This document shows positions 27,878-48,521 of a DNA stretch of 64,000 nt, one piece after another. This DNA comes from the human T2T-CHM13v2.0 reference genome, Homo sapiens. A program made the translations under genes and the position numbers. Every line of letters begins with the position of its first letter. Position 1 is the stretch's first letter. The notes beneath the pieces were generated by a model that was given only the letters and a program-made list of their open reading frames with translations, was not told the origin of the DNA and did no database searches. Where the stretch lies: NCBI RefSeq assembly GCF_009914755.1, contig NC_060938.1; one strand, written 5' to 3'.

Positions 27878-30169
27878 GACTCTTCTACTTTTGCTATGGA
27901 TTTTAGCTGTTTTAAAACTAATTGCGCCTTTGGTATAACTAGTTACTTTAGAAATATCTCTAGGCTGAGTGTGAATATCAGTATTAGGAGGGAATTTATG
28001 AAGATATTGTATGCCCCAATTAAACAATTAAACAATATTTCACTAGACACTAAGTGAACACAGCACAGGTTCCTTATTGGACTGCCTTTGGGAGCCTTGC
28101 CATGGTCCCACCTAACAGGTAAGATTGAAAAATAACAGCATTCTAATAATTAAGTAACTTGAATTATCTCAAATTATTTTAATGGTTAACTTAGAGGACA
28201 AATCTAGAGAGAGGCTTTTTAAAATAGTGAAATTCTGGGATTTATTTCTCTGATCTATATGTGGTTCACAACTTTACCCATATATCAAACATTAATGTAG
28301 TTCACAGTATCCTCAAGGGTGTCAGAAATCTGGCTACTGTGCTGAGCTGGACTTTGAGTGTAACCCAGTTAGACCCTAGGGAGAGAGTGAATATTAAAAG
28401 CAGCATGCACTAAAAAGGAAATCCATTGGGAGAAGAGCAACATTCTGTTCTGCCTGGATCGGAGCTCAGTGACCCAGATGCAGCAGAGTGACCTAAGAGC
28501 TCCCAAAACAATTCTCTAGCTTCCAGAGTGAATGACACCTGGGACTGAAAACTCAGAAATTCAGAGTTTGCATGTAAGGGAAACGCTGAAATGATATCAA
28601 ATTATATTTTTAAAAATCTGTGTATTGAGTGTTGTTACACATATATTTGAAAATTTAAGTAAAAAACAAATTTATGTATGGTAAGAAAAGCAAACCTACA
28701 TATATGAGTATGTATATATATAAAGTGTTTTAATGTTTTCATATCAACTCACCTCTGAGTTAATTAATAGTATATTCTCAACAATTCAGTCTACTTATGA
28801 CATATATATATATATATATATATACTCAGATTCTACAATCAAATATACCATATGCCACAATGTTACGAGTTACTTCAACTTCAAAAATCAAAGGAAATGA
28901 AATATTCCTCTTTATATATTTCTCCAAATGGTTACAGTTCTTCTTTTGGTACTTATTGACTCTATTCAACATTAGAATTCTTCTCAGCAAAGTAGCTGAG
29001 AATCTCCAGACTTTTGTTATAAAAAGTATTTCAGATATGATATTTCTTTTATAACACAAAAGTAATCAGTAAGAGTCAGCTCTTTAGGATGAGAAGATTC
29101 ACCAAATACCAGAGGGATTTGAAGGAAAGATTTTGTTCCATTCTCACTGCCAGAAGGTCAGATTCAATTTGATGCCACACTTTTGTTTTCGTTGTTGTGG
29201 TTATCTGAAAGCTTTCACGTAGTTGTAACTCTGAAGTGGAATGCTAAACAGCAAAGAAATAAGAAAAAAAGAAAGTTCCACAAGAGTTCTGAAGGTTTTT
29301 ATGAAGAAAGATTTCTTAAAGGAAAATAAAAAATAAAAAATGAAACTAGGGCAAGGTAGTCTTAAAAGTTTTGGCTTTGAGTTATAAGCACCACAGGAAA
29401 AAATAGTTTGTCAATTTAGGTCTAAATTTAACAGGCGATATGCAGGTGGTAAAGCATTTTGTCAACTATCTATGGGTAATGAGGCTTCCCTTGACTTCAT
29501 AAAAGTTTGAAGACCTCTAAGTATATACCAGAAATTCCATACCTGAATTGGAACTAGTAGCTGTTAAGTTACTGGTTATCAGTGATAGTTCGGTAACTAA
29601 ACCCTAAGGAGAAATTTGCTTGCAGTTTAAAAATCAAAGACAATTGTTAAAATAACTTTTGTTTTTTGAAGTATAAAGGCCAAGTAATGTATAACCAGAA
29701 AATTTCCTTATTACAGGCGTTTATTTAGTGTTCTATTTACTCCTTAGGATATACTTAGTATAGTATGACAGACCTCAATAACACTGCCCAGACTAGGTGT
29801 TTAAAACTATATATTTGTAACAGCCATATGACCTGATTGTCTTTAGGGAAGTAGTTTTCTCTCTAATTTTTTTTTTATCAATTGCTATAGTTTAGTGCTA
29901 ATGAAATAATATTACAGTTTCTCACCACATTCTGCAAAAGTCAAGATGTCCTGTTGACTCAAACAGTAACAGTGGTATCTGGATTTATCTTATGTCAGGG
30001 TCAGCTCTGTTCCACAAGACAGCAATGTTCTGAGATCATCCCGTAAGGATAGCAAAGTGTAACACAGGGTTACTCTGTTTAATTTGCCTCAAATGAAACA
30101 GAATGAAAGTTCAAAATGTCCAGACTGAAAGTTGCTCTCTTTCTCTAAAGAATTACTCCGTCGTCTGCA

Positions 30170-30390
30170 GAATAGTTGCTAGACTGGGGCCCCCAGAGCC
30201 ACATTGCCTGAATTTGATTCCTGACCCTGTCAATAGCTAACTGAGTGATGTAGGCAAATTACTTAGCTTCAGTTTCCTCATCAGTTAATCTGAAATCATG
30301 ATACAAGCCACCACGTACGGTTGTTATAAGGATTTAATGTGTTAATATATTCAAACTGGTGTTGTTACTCAGTGAATAACGGCAGCATTA
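30170..30390 (+). mobile_element. MIR
   Basis: tgatgtaggcaaattacttagcttcagtttcctcatc...ggttgttataaggatttaatg core. Confidence 0.75.
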
Positions 30391-31323
30391 TTCATCTTGT
30401 CTTTCAAGATAGGAATTTTATTATTTGCCTTGACTTTCAAGACAGCAATCTAGGGTCATTCGATCTCCCTCCCTTTTCTCATCATGCTCAAGTCCTGTCA
30501 TTTCTATTATTTTAAAATTTATCACATTTTTCTCTTTCACATTTCCCTCATTAACGTTGAACTTGGCTCGTTGCAACTGATGTCTTTTTTTCTTTTACAT
30601 TCCTTACAAAGTATTTATGGAATTTTCAAGCATAAATTTGTTCACTGGTTTCCCGTTGATTGCTGCAGTGGTTGTCAAGTTTTGTGAAAAGAGTTTACAT
30701 CTTTTTTACAAAGAAAAACTTTCATGAGAGTCCCATGTGTACAAAACTATCAGCACTGAAATTCTCTAGTTGCAGTGGCAAGTGGGGGTTAGGAATCTTT
30801 TCATTCACTCTGCAGTTTACCATGTCCAACTTGTAGGCCTTGTCTTTTACCTCTGCACATTCCTATGCTTACTACTATTCTTTGGTCAAATACTTTCATA
30901 TGTTGACTCAGAGAACTCATAGTTTATATTATTTAAATTACGCTTATGTTTCTACAATTATCACATTTGCATACTGCTGTCTTGTATTGCTATTGTCCTT
31001 CTTTAACTGGACTCTACACATAAGAAAATGAATTGAGTTTACCTGTCCTGTGTTCCTTAAAACTTCTAGTGTACAATTTTGTGTACTACAGGTGCTTAAT
31101 AGTGTGTGAACAATAGATCAATTATGCTTCATGTCTTTTTTCTGTTGTCTCCTCACTTAGGACGAGATCCACCCTGCTCTTGTTTATGCTCCATACTCCC
31201 CCTTCTGTTTCTTGGTCATCTAGTGCCTCCCCAGAGTAGTTTTCCACCTGGTCTACCTTTCATTCTTGGAGGATGAGTTTGTAAGAAATACTTCATTCTG
31301 ACATCAGAAATCTTAGTGCCTGT

Positions 31324-31824
31324 CATATTAGTTTTCCATTGCTACTATGATAAATTATCACAAACTTAGTGACTTAAAATCACACATATTGACAAATTAT
31401 TCTAAATTTCTGCAGGTTAAAAGTTCAACATGGGTATCCCTGGGCTAAAATCAACGTATCAGAAAGGCTGCCTTTCTTCATGGGGGTCTACAGGAGAATC
31501 CATTTCTATCTTCTCTACCTCCCAGCAGCCATCTGTAATTTTTGGCTCATGGTCCCTTTTCTGCCTCTTGAAAGCTAGCATTGGTGGGTTGAGTCCTTAC
31601 ATCTCATCATGCTCATGTCCTCTTCCACCTTCCTTTTCCGCTGTGAGGGAGTTTTAGGATTACATTATATCCACACAGATAATCCAAGGTAATCTCTCTA
31701 TCCCAAGCTCTTTAATTTAGTCATATCTACACAGTCCTGTCTTTTCATGCATGTAACATAATCACAGGTCCCAGGGGTTATTAGGATGTGGATATCTTTT
31801 GGAGGCATAATTCTGCCTGGCACA
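31324..31824 (-). mobile_element. MLT1D solo LTR
   Basis: Antisense MLT1D body; TSD cctgt/cctgg. Confidence 0.85.
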
Positions 31825-32443
31825 CCTGGGACTATTTATTAGGATGATGTTGATGATAATGCTTTGCAATTGCATAGTATGTGTATAGTTTTCAAATTCC
31901 TTTCTTCTCGTTTAGTCTAATCTAAATAACATTTGTCAAGGGTATTTGTCATGTCATTTTTCTCACACTAATCTTACAAACTTTCATTTTTATATATAGT
32001 GTCATATAGATAGTCCTAGTTACATATCTGAGTCTCCACTAGATCAGAACTTAAAGGTGTAAATTATATTTTTTTATTTCTGGACAAACTGAAGCTTGTA
32101 TTTAGTTTTATTTACTTTGCCAAATCAGTAACTGAAAAAGCTATGTTTTAAAGGGAATTATGTGACTTATCCAATACAATATTTTAAAATGTTGGAGCCA
32201 CAATTAGAACTCAAATCTTTTGAATCAAAGTTTGCCTTATGAACCAAAATTCTTTCCAACATACCCCAGTGCTAATAATATACTAGCTGATTACATATTT
32301 TCATTATAGGGTTACATATCTTCTGTGTAAGGATGATAAAAACTGTGTTTACAAACATACTGGAAAATCTGTAGTGCTATAGTTTGCATACCACTGTTAT
32401 GTAATGTAAATTTTCCGGGGTTGAATTTCCCACAAAGAAATTA

Positions 32444-32953
<510 letters not shown>

Positions 32954-35929
32954 TTAATAAGTTGGTAATATTAAAAATAATTATTTTCTTATTGGGGAAA
33001 TTTGGCCTTTTAAAGAAGAATGTAGATTTAGAAAAACTGGGGATAGGATGCTTTCAATAATTTTTTGAAAGCTGACAAGTAAAAAGCAAGAGACCTTTAT
33101 ATTAAAGATATCCCTTGCATATAATCTTTGTTTGTACATGTTCATTAATTACAGGCTAGAAAAAGCATAATTTGAAGTAGGAAACTTGTGGGGGAAGTTC
33201 TAGATTAAAATCCCAACACCTTTGGTATTGGTGATTTGAATGTCACTTGCTGGAACCAGCTAGTGACCTCTGTTCTATCCTGTCTTTGGCTCAATTTTAA
33301 TCACAAGGAACAATCAGACTATAGAGAGGTGTGTGCTTTTTCTGTAGTCAAATAAGACTGGCTTTCATTCTAGGAAGAATTCTCCCTGGAGCTCCGTTTA
33401 ACCTGTGTTTTTTATCAGGATGCTATGAAGACCTATTAGGACCTAGGATACAACAAATTGAGCATAATCACCTCAGGCTCTATGGCTTATAGCAAAGATA
33501 TACCTCCTTGTTAGCCTGTTGGGAAGAATAAATGTTTTTGGTGTTTAAAAGAAAAAAAAAACTATTAATGTTGCATAATAACCCACGAAGACAAAATGAG
33601 TAGAATATCTCCAATCTTCTATACCCATGTTCTTTGCCTGAATTTTATTGACTTTTTACTTTCAAGATTATAATTGAAGTTCAATTTATCTTGCTACCTA
33701 ATTGTTCCAGTACAAAAGAATTAAATCTCACGGAAGTCTGTGTTGAAGTTTCCTGAGTCCCCAAAACTCTTGGGAAATTTTGCATCCAATAAGTAAAAAT
33801 ATCCCTTAAAAAATGTTTAACAAATGTCTATAGTTAAATACAATACTTAAAGGACAGTATTGTTTTTTTCTTTCTTCTTTTTTCCCTTAGTGGCAGTGAT
33901 CCAAGATTGACTCAGGATTAATCTTCAGGAAAGTTCTAGAAGACTAGTAGAGGACTCCATCCATGCTAATATATGGGAAGAGTATTAATAGAAAAAACAG
34001 TGAAATGTCATTGTCTCAATAGAGTTTAGAAAAAAACCAAGATTTTACAAGCTTCTTTCTTTTTATTTTTCACTTGTGCCTAGAGAGGGCATATAAATCT
34101 GCACTTCTCTGCAGACTAGTTTCAAAAGAAACTTAACATGGAGGGATGCATATCAAGCAGAATTTAAGATCAAGAATGCAGTTTTTATAAACTCAATAAT
34201 GCCATCATTTGTTTGAAACCAAGGTGCTCATTTTCTGTTGCATAGATTTCATTCTGACCTTAATAAGAAAATAACATATTCTTGTACGTGTGTGTGTTTT
34301 CTTCTCTGAAGCTGTAATATTAAAAAAACATAAATCAAAGCTGTTTTGACAGATGAACAACACAATTTTGTAAGAGGATGGAAATTTAAAAAAAGAAAGG
34401 CTCAATAGCTGATAAAAGATGAGTTGGACTGGAGGATTGATGTTAGAGCTGAAGGCAGCATTAGAGATTAGACGCTCATTGGCTTTTCAGCAAGACTGGT
34501 GACTCATTCTACATAAATGCAGTTTGTGATATGTAATGAAAAGCTGTCTATCTTCACTGCAAGCAAATTAGCAGGTATTTTGTGGCAGGAATGTTAATGT
34601 TATCTTGCATTTGTTTCTGAGCAGGAGCACATTAACAGAGCAGGTTTGAAAAGAATTTCACTTTTGTAACATCAGGTGCCGAAGGTATTAGAACAAGGTC
34701 ACCTCTGTAAAGTAATGAGGGAAAATTAGGTTATAAACATGCAGTGCCTAAAAATATATTCAGTCTGCTCTGCAGAGTGAATGCAATATAAGATCGCCCC
34801 AAATTGCTAATTTTCTTTTACTCCGAATGACACTCAGACCCCAAGCTGAATTTGAAAAGTTAAATAATAAAGCTAGACAGGGTAGAGGAGGGTTACTGAG
34901 GCTCATAATAGACAACTAATTCAAATCAATAGGGTCCAAATATCTGTACACAGATACAAACTGCTTCATAATTTATAAACCAGAAAGCTTGGAATACTTT
35001 ATGCAACAAGCCTCAGAGGTTCGTATTATCTGCTTGGGAGAAATACTATGGCGGAGAAAGGCAAATGAAAGAGAAAGGTAAGACATTGCTCATATTGGAC
35101 GAAATTAAAATGTAGGAGAAAGCTGAATGGCTGTCGGGATTGAGAGATGAGCTAGAATATAAAATAACAATAAAGTTTTGAAAAGTAAAGTAATAGAATT
35201 GTGAATAATTATTTTCCTTTTACCACTAATATAAAGATACAAAATGGGTAACGTGTGTGCAGAAGGTCTGCCAGATCTGAGTAATCAGTTCTTGGTCCAT
35301 CTTCTATGATGGATCATTAAGTATCAATGACTGACTTGCAGGATCTGGGTAATCACACTGGTGGCTTTCCCTGGACCAGAAACAGACTTGCTGATTAAGT
35401 CTCTTATCTTGCCCTAAATATCATTAGCCCACTTGCCTGACCTCCTTTTTCCTCAGCCATGGTATCTGCCTCATTATTATTTCCTACACTAAATTAAGCT
35501 TGTTGTTATCCACTTCATCCTGTCCAAATATGGTAAAAATATATGTGGTGGTTAAAATGTGAGAAATCAACCCTGATCACCATCTACAAAAATTCTTCGA
35601 GTTATATAACAACTTAATTACTAGATTAAGCAATTAACTGTAAGTAGAATGGTGAAATAAAAGAATGTTTGGCATAACAGCCAATAAGGTTTGTGTTGAA
35701 GTGGAAGTTTATCATAGTAAGGATCGAATTGCAACTGAAAATGCACTGCCACTTACTTATAAAAGCCACTTAGAAAACTATCAACCATGGTCATTGTTGG
35801 ATTCATATTGGTTGTATTCCAAACTGAAATTAGTGTGCCTAGAGAACTTAGTAGGTAATACGGATTTTTTGATTTTTTTATTTTTATTTTTATTTTTATT
35901 ATTTTTTTGCGTAACAAAGGATTAAATTA

Positions 35930-36055
35930 TCTCATCCAAACTTTTTACTTTATAGGTGAAAAATCTGACACCTGGAGAGGTAAAATAATTTGCCAAAATT
36001 CACAAGGTAATTACTGGTAGAGTCATGACGGACTAGAACCTAGATCTTTAGATTC
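35930..36055 (-). mobile_element. MIR fragment
   Basis: tttataggtgaaaaatctga...gagaggtaaaataatttgccaaaattcaca...ggactagaacctagatct. Confidence 0.75.
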
Positions 36056-36109
36056 TTGTTTTGTTAAAAAACACAACAGAACAAAACAAGAATATGTATT
36101 TTATTGACT

Positions 36110-36268
36110 GGTGCGGCACTTCTTGAACCTGTCTGATTATTGGTATTGATGTCTAGGCACTACTCCAGGTCTATTAAATTCAGAGTATCTGGGGGTAAGT
36201 TGCACCATAAATATTTTTCAAACTCTTCTCAAGTGATGTCATGTAGATCCAGGACTGAGAAACATTTG
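36110..36268. mobile_element. MER5-type DNA transposon
   Basis: ctattaaattcagagtatctggggg...caagtgatgtc...ggactgagaaacatt. Confidence 0.55.
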
Positions 36269-37547
36269 GGCATTAAGATATTTCATTAGAAAATGTTGCA
36301 ATTCCTTTAGCCTAGGACTAGAGTGCTATTTTACCCAAGGTCATCTTGAGGAGAAAATCATTTTAGGATCAACGAAATGATTAGCACAGAAAGTGCTCTG
36401 TGTATGTTTGCAATGCTCCTGACATGTTTTCAGTTAACAGTAGGACATGTCTCAAGGAAAGAGCCAGTGTTAAGGTAACATGAGTCTCATTTTTGAAGCT
36501 GTCTTTAAAATGAGAGGTCTGGCAAGACAAAACTCAGAAAATAAATCAATGCTTTTCTAAAGTTTATGGAGTAATGTGGGAACTATTTGAGCTCTAGTGA
36601 TTACAAGATCAGAAGATTAAAAAAAAAAAAAACCTAAGGGTGTGCTTTAGGTTCCATTTTCTCTGAAGATATATGGGAGATTTATGAGTGAGTTCAAATT
36701 ATTTTTGATTTGAAATAACTCCAATCCAGAAAGAACATTAAGATAAAGTAAAAATGGTGGGAGGAACACTGTCAGAGAGAATATGTTATTTATGCACATT
36801 CTAACGTCTAACCATTTACTATTGAGAGAATAAGAAATAGCTAATAAATTAATGCAAAAACTAACAGGAAGCCTAACAACCAAGCAAGTTCTTACTGTAG
36901 TCAAGATGGTGTGAGGGATGAGATTAGACTACAAAGAAGACCAAGGTAGTACTGGAACTCAAAAAAAATTAACTTAATTTGACAAATACTTGAAAAGTTA
37001 AATAACAAAACAAGAGAATTTTCAATCCAATGCTATAATATATGGTCAATTATAAACCTTTTATATAGTCAAATGAATGTGTAGAAAATAAATATTTTTG
37101 GGAATTCAGAGGCAAAAGGAAGAAAGGCTCCCAAATGACTGTCTTCAAGACAAAATCTGAATAGTTGGACATGGAACGTGTGTGCTGTGGGTGAAGAAGG
37201 AAAAGGGAACATTAAAAGTTAAAACTGGCTTTTCTTGACAAGCTTTCCCAGATGTACACAATAGAAAAGATGCATGTGGTTGCCTCTCTATTCACTCCAG
37301 AAAAATAAATTCACCAATGTTATTTCCAGGCCCCTTCCTGTCTGGTTAAAAACTTCCCTCTAAAAGGGAGATATGTTACCGCAATTGATCACAAATCTGA
37401 TCACATTTTAAAGAAGTTTATTACTGAAGAGTCTCAGAACTTTACTTTTGATAGAGGATTTCTAGAGAAGACAAGGGTGAATAAAATAGAATAAAATGTG
37501 ATAGTGTATTTATAGGCCTGCAACACTTGGCTCTTTGCTTATTCGTT

Positions 37548-37611
37548 TTAGGCTGGTGTAAAGTAATTATTTTTAATGGCAAAAACTGTGATTACGTTTG
37601 CACCAATCTAA
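37548..37611. mobile_element. MADE1 (Hsmar1 MITE), internally deleted
   Basis: ttaggctggtgtaaagtaatt...aatggcaaaaactgtgattacgtttgcaccaatctaa followed by TA. Confidence 0.85.
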
Positions 37612-37684
37612 TATTTGGTTAGTCAGCCCACAAAAGTGGGCTGAGAACAATAAATACTACTAAGATCTAAGCAAGGTGACTCTA

Positions 37685-41889
<4,205 letters not shown>

Positions 41890-41946
41890 GAAAAGAATGA
41901 GAATAAAGAGTGAATTAAGCAGCTTAAGATCCAAAAAAAAAAAAAA
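41890..41946 (+). other. L1 3' transduction with second poly(A)
   Basis: 43 bp of non-L1 sequence with AATAAA (41902-41907), then an A run, all inside the TSD pair. Confidence 0.85.
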
Positions 41947-42099
41947 AAGACATACTATTAGCTGTAGGAGAAGATAAAAATGTTCAGTGCCTCTTAAGCT
42001 GGTCCTTCTTCAATGTTCTCTATTAGAGAGAATGTAAACAAATCATTCAGTTTTTGCATGTTAGTTACTTAAGAGGTAACATTAATGTTCCATTGTACC

Positions 42100-42487
42100 T
42101 CATCCTCAATTCTTATCTGTTGGCGAGTTATTAATAATTCATATTCAAATTTCCTTCTTCTCTTTGCCACTTTACATCATCTCACCTTTATCTTGTCAAG
42201 TTGAATTTAGGTTCATTTCTCTCCTACACTATTTAAGTAGCCACCTGTCTAGTCTCCCTATATGTGCTCCTGGCACTACAACAATCTCTTCTCTAAAACT
42301 AATGAGAGTGATCTTTTCGAAAAGCCAATCTGGTCATATCATCACCCTACTTACATTTCCTGAGAGCATAGGTTCTGCTTTTGCAGAACCGATACTAGCC
42401 TATGCTATAGGACCTATAGTATCCCTAGTAGCTAATGTAGTTTCAGGCACAAAATAGATGCCTAATACATATTTTGAATAAATAAAT
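42100..42487 (+). mobile_element. L2 fragment
   Basis: gagagtgatcttttcgaaa...caggcacaaaatagatgcctaatacatattttgaataaat L2 end. Confidence 0.65.
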
Positions 42488-43077
42488 CTGAAGTTGGAAG
42501 AAATATTTTGATATTCCCTAATATCATGAAACTTTAACCCAACTAAGAGAGACTTTTCTGCCCATTCTAGAGGTCACTGACCACACAAAGACTTCTAGTA
42601 TTTAGAAAGCTGACAAAATACCTCTTGCCCATATGCCCCATATGTCCTAAATATATATTTTTTATATATTCAATCCAAATATGCATACAATAATTGTTTT
42701 TAATGTGTGTATATGTGTATTATATGTATATATATTTAGGATCTATTATATATGATTATATGTAATATTTATATATAATTATTATAATAATATTCATATC
42801 CCCTTGGACTATGATTTATATACTTATATGTAATTATTTTATATGGATATTTAGGGTATGTACTATATATAATTATATATGAATATAGGATTTTTTTACT
42901 ACTATGAGAATTTGTAAATAAGATTGTTAGGAGGACAATATTTTCTACATAAATATGTGTGCAAATTCTATCTAAAGTCCACCTAAAGGGAAATAGATGA
43001 GTATTATGTTACAAATAATATTACTGATATTGCAGCAAACTTCTAGTAGAACAAGAAAGAAGTTGCCCTATTTGTGA

Positions 43078-43590
43078 TGTAGCAGTCATACCATTTTGGC
43101 CATTATTATATATTTCCCCTTTGCCTCCCAAATAGGACTCCAACTTTCTCCAGGGAATCATCCTTCTGCTACTTCAAGCCCTGGCCAACTGTTTTTTTTT
43201 CTTTTTTTTCCCCCCAATTTTGGAAATTAGGCAGTGCATTCTCTTGGCCACAGTAATTGTTTCAGGGATGAGCACCTGAAATAGTCAGAGCTAATGAGTT
43301 GTAATCAGCTATCAACTGGGACTATACAACTTGAAGGTCAAAGAAGATAAAGCTGAAGCTGAAGCTGTTGCATTCATCTTGGCACCACTAAAAGAATGCC
43401 TGTTAAAGAATGGAGGCAACATGAAGAACACAGAGTTAAGTGCTTGAGATAAATCATGTCCTGGTGGCATCATATGAGCACCAGGAGCAAGGCAAGCCTT
43501 AACCAGAAGTCTTCTGTGTGTGAACTAATAAAATCCCTTCTGAATATCCTTGTTTGAATTGGTTTTCTGCCCCTGGTAAACAAGAGGGCT
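43078..43590 (+). mobile_element. MLT1J/K-type solo LTR
   Basis: ttggccacagtaattgtttcagggatgagcacctga; tgaactaataaaatccc; ttggttttctg. Confidence 0.7.
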
Positions 43591-45590
43591 GGCTGGGATG
43601 AAAGGGTTCATCCCAGGCAACTGGAGTCAGCCTTGAAATCTGATAGATTGACTTATGGCCTAGGACAGTGTATCTCGGTGAGTTAGGACAGGCTAATGAA
43701 GTGCAAACTGCAACCACAGAGATAAAACTAGGCTCTGCCTTGCAGACTGCTGATGGAACCTATCTAGTTTCGCTTATAATAGGTTGCACCTGTTACGGGA
43801 AAAAGCCTCATGGCCATAGACTTCCAAAGTGGGCACCTGCCCAAGGTAAAAAAAGTGACAGGAAAATCAAAATTGATGACACATACCACTGCTTAACAGA
43901 AACCATTATTTTCATGACCTTTATTTAGTAAACACTCAAACAAGGGCCTCTGTGCACATTTAACAATTGTGTGAGAAGCAAAGTACAGGTTTTAGAGCAA
44001 AAAACCATTAATCTTTTATGATGCATGTTAGGTAAAAAATCCAACTGCTGTTTTATATTTTTTTAATCCTTTCTTCCCTGTGGAATATTTTTTCTCCTGT
44101 GGAAAAAGAAGGGCCAGCTGGGGGCAGTCCATGCTGTGACATGGGGACCAGAGGAAGGCAAGAAATGATAGGACAGCTGCTTAGCTAATCTGTCAACTGC
44201 CTTTGACAAGCTGATGACAGCAGTTATGGTACCATATCCTATAATAAGTGCTTATTTATGTGTGAAATGGTGTCTAAAGAAGGCTTCTTGATCAAAGGAA
44301 TTTGGAACTTGGCTGAGTGAGGAAGAAACCTCAGGCTTGTGAAAGAGTAGATGCCAGAAGTGTGGCTGTTTGCTAATTGCTCCATCCTGGTTTAGTGATT
44401 TCTTAGATAGGTACGGAATACCTGTGACCTGCTCCTGCCAATGCCTCCTTCAGACTGGTATCTACATGAGCTTTGGAAGCCATGGACCTCATTATGCCAC
44501 TTCCTGCTCAAAGTATTGGGAATACAATGAAATGATAAGCATTATTACTATCCTCATGGATCTCATTCTCAAAATATAAATGATAATAAAAAATAATTTG
44601 ATCTAAAGCTAAGTGACATGTGATATGAACTCAAGAAACTGGGTGTTTCAGTTGGTGAATTTTTCATGGAAGAGTTTAGATCTAAACTGTGGCATAAAGA
44701 AAGAGTACAGATTAAACACCTTGAGAAGAGAAAAAAGTGATTTGTCTCTGGATCCCTGTGTAAACAAAGCTCAGGGAAATACAAGTAAAACATTTGTCAA
44801 ATGGGGAAAGGTAAAGAAAAGAATATGTGAAATAATTCCTCTTTACCAATTCTGTAACTTATCTTTTGAAAAGAATCACAGAAGTATTTGTCCATTATAA
44901 ATCAACCTCATACCAATCATTTCTTGTAAGTTAATTACCTGGGGGAAAATATATGCTTTAATTCACATTTGGACATTTTTAGAATTTTTAAAAAATATAG
45001 AGTTAGCTTATCATTTTTGATGATCTTTAAAACTTACCAGGCCCAAAGGAATTCCAATTATTCTATTAAATTACTCTATAATTGAACTAACATCTCCACT
45101 CTTAATAAAACTGGTTCTTATGTCCAAAGCAGTGTGTGAGCTATTGCTGAGTGTCTTAATGGCTCCTATGTTTGCCTGCATACTCTTATACTAGTCTCCA
45201 ACTAATTACTTTGTAAAGCACTTTGAGATAATTTGGTTGTGAATAGTATTGTATAAAGCAAACACATTTCTTTTCTAAAGCATTGGCTCAAGTTAGGAGC
45301 TTAAGAACTGCAAGTAATTTCTTGTTTGTTCATTTGTTTTTTTTTTTTTTTTTTTTTTTTTTACCTAAGCAGTAGCTATTTTATGTTAGATATAAATATA
45401 TTCTGAAGTCCTCTTTTAGGATGACATGTTTTTAGAGACATGCAAAAAGAACTTCCTAAGGAAGCTAGAGAATCTGGGGGACAATGATTATTAAACAAAA
45501 ATTCCACTTTATATAATAAGTGAACCTATTTTGCTGATATTGTCATGACACAAAAGATTTGTTTTAAAGTGTTCTATTAATGAATATGAA

Positions 45591-45960
45591 TGTATTAATC
45601 CATTCTCACATTACTATAAAGAACTTCCCTGAGACTGGGTAATTTATAAAGAAAATAAGTTTAATTGACTTCACGATTGGGGAGGCCTCAGGAAACTTAC
45701 AATCTTGGTGGAAGGGGAAGCAGGTATCTTCTTCAAAGGCAGCAGGAGAGAGAAGAGAGTGTGAAGGAGAAATTGTCAAACACTTTTAAAACCATCAGAT
45801 CTCATGAGAACTCACAAGAACTCACTATCACAAGAACAGCATGGAAGAAGCTGCCCCCATGATCCAATCTCCTCCTACTGGGTCCCTCCCTCAACACATG
45901 GGGTTACTAGGATTACAATTCAAAATGATATTTGGGTGGGGACACAGCCAAATCATATCT
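45591..45960 (-). mobile_element. THE1D-like solo LTR
   Basis: tgtattaatccattctcac...gggtggggacacagccaaatcatatc. Confidence 0.9.
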
Positions 45961-45989
45961 TTGATTTATACATATTTCTCATAAAATAA

Positions 45990-48521
<2,532 letters not shown>

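Noticed and set aside
45337-45362. Orphan T26 as a solo poly(A) retro-insertion
   Set aside because: No flanking TSD found; simple homopolymer expansion is sufficient.
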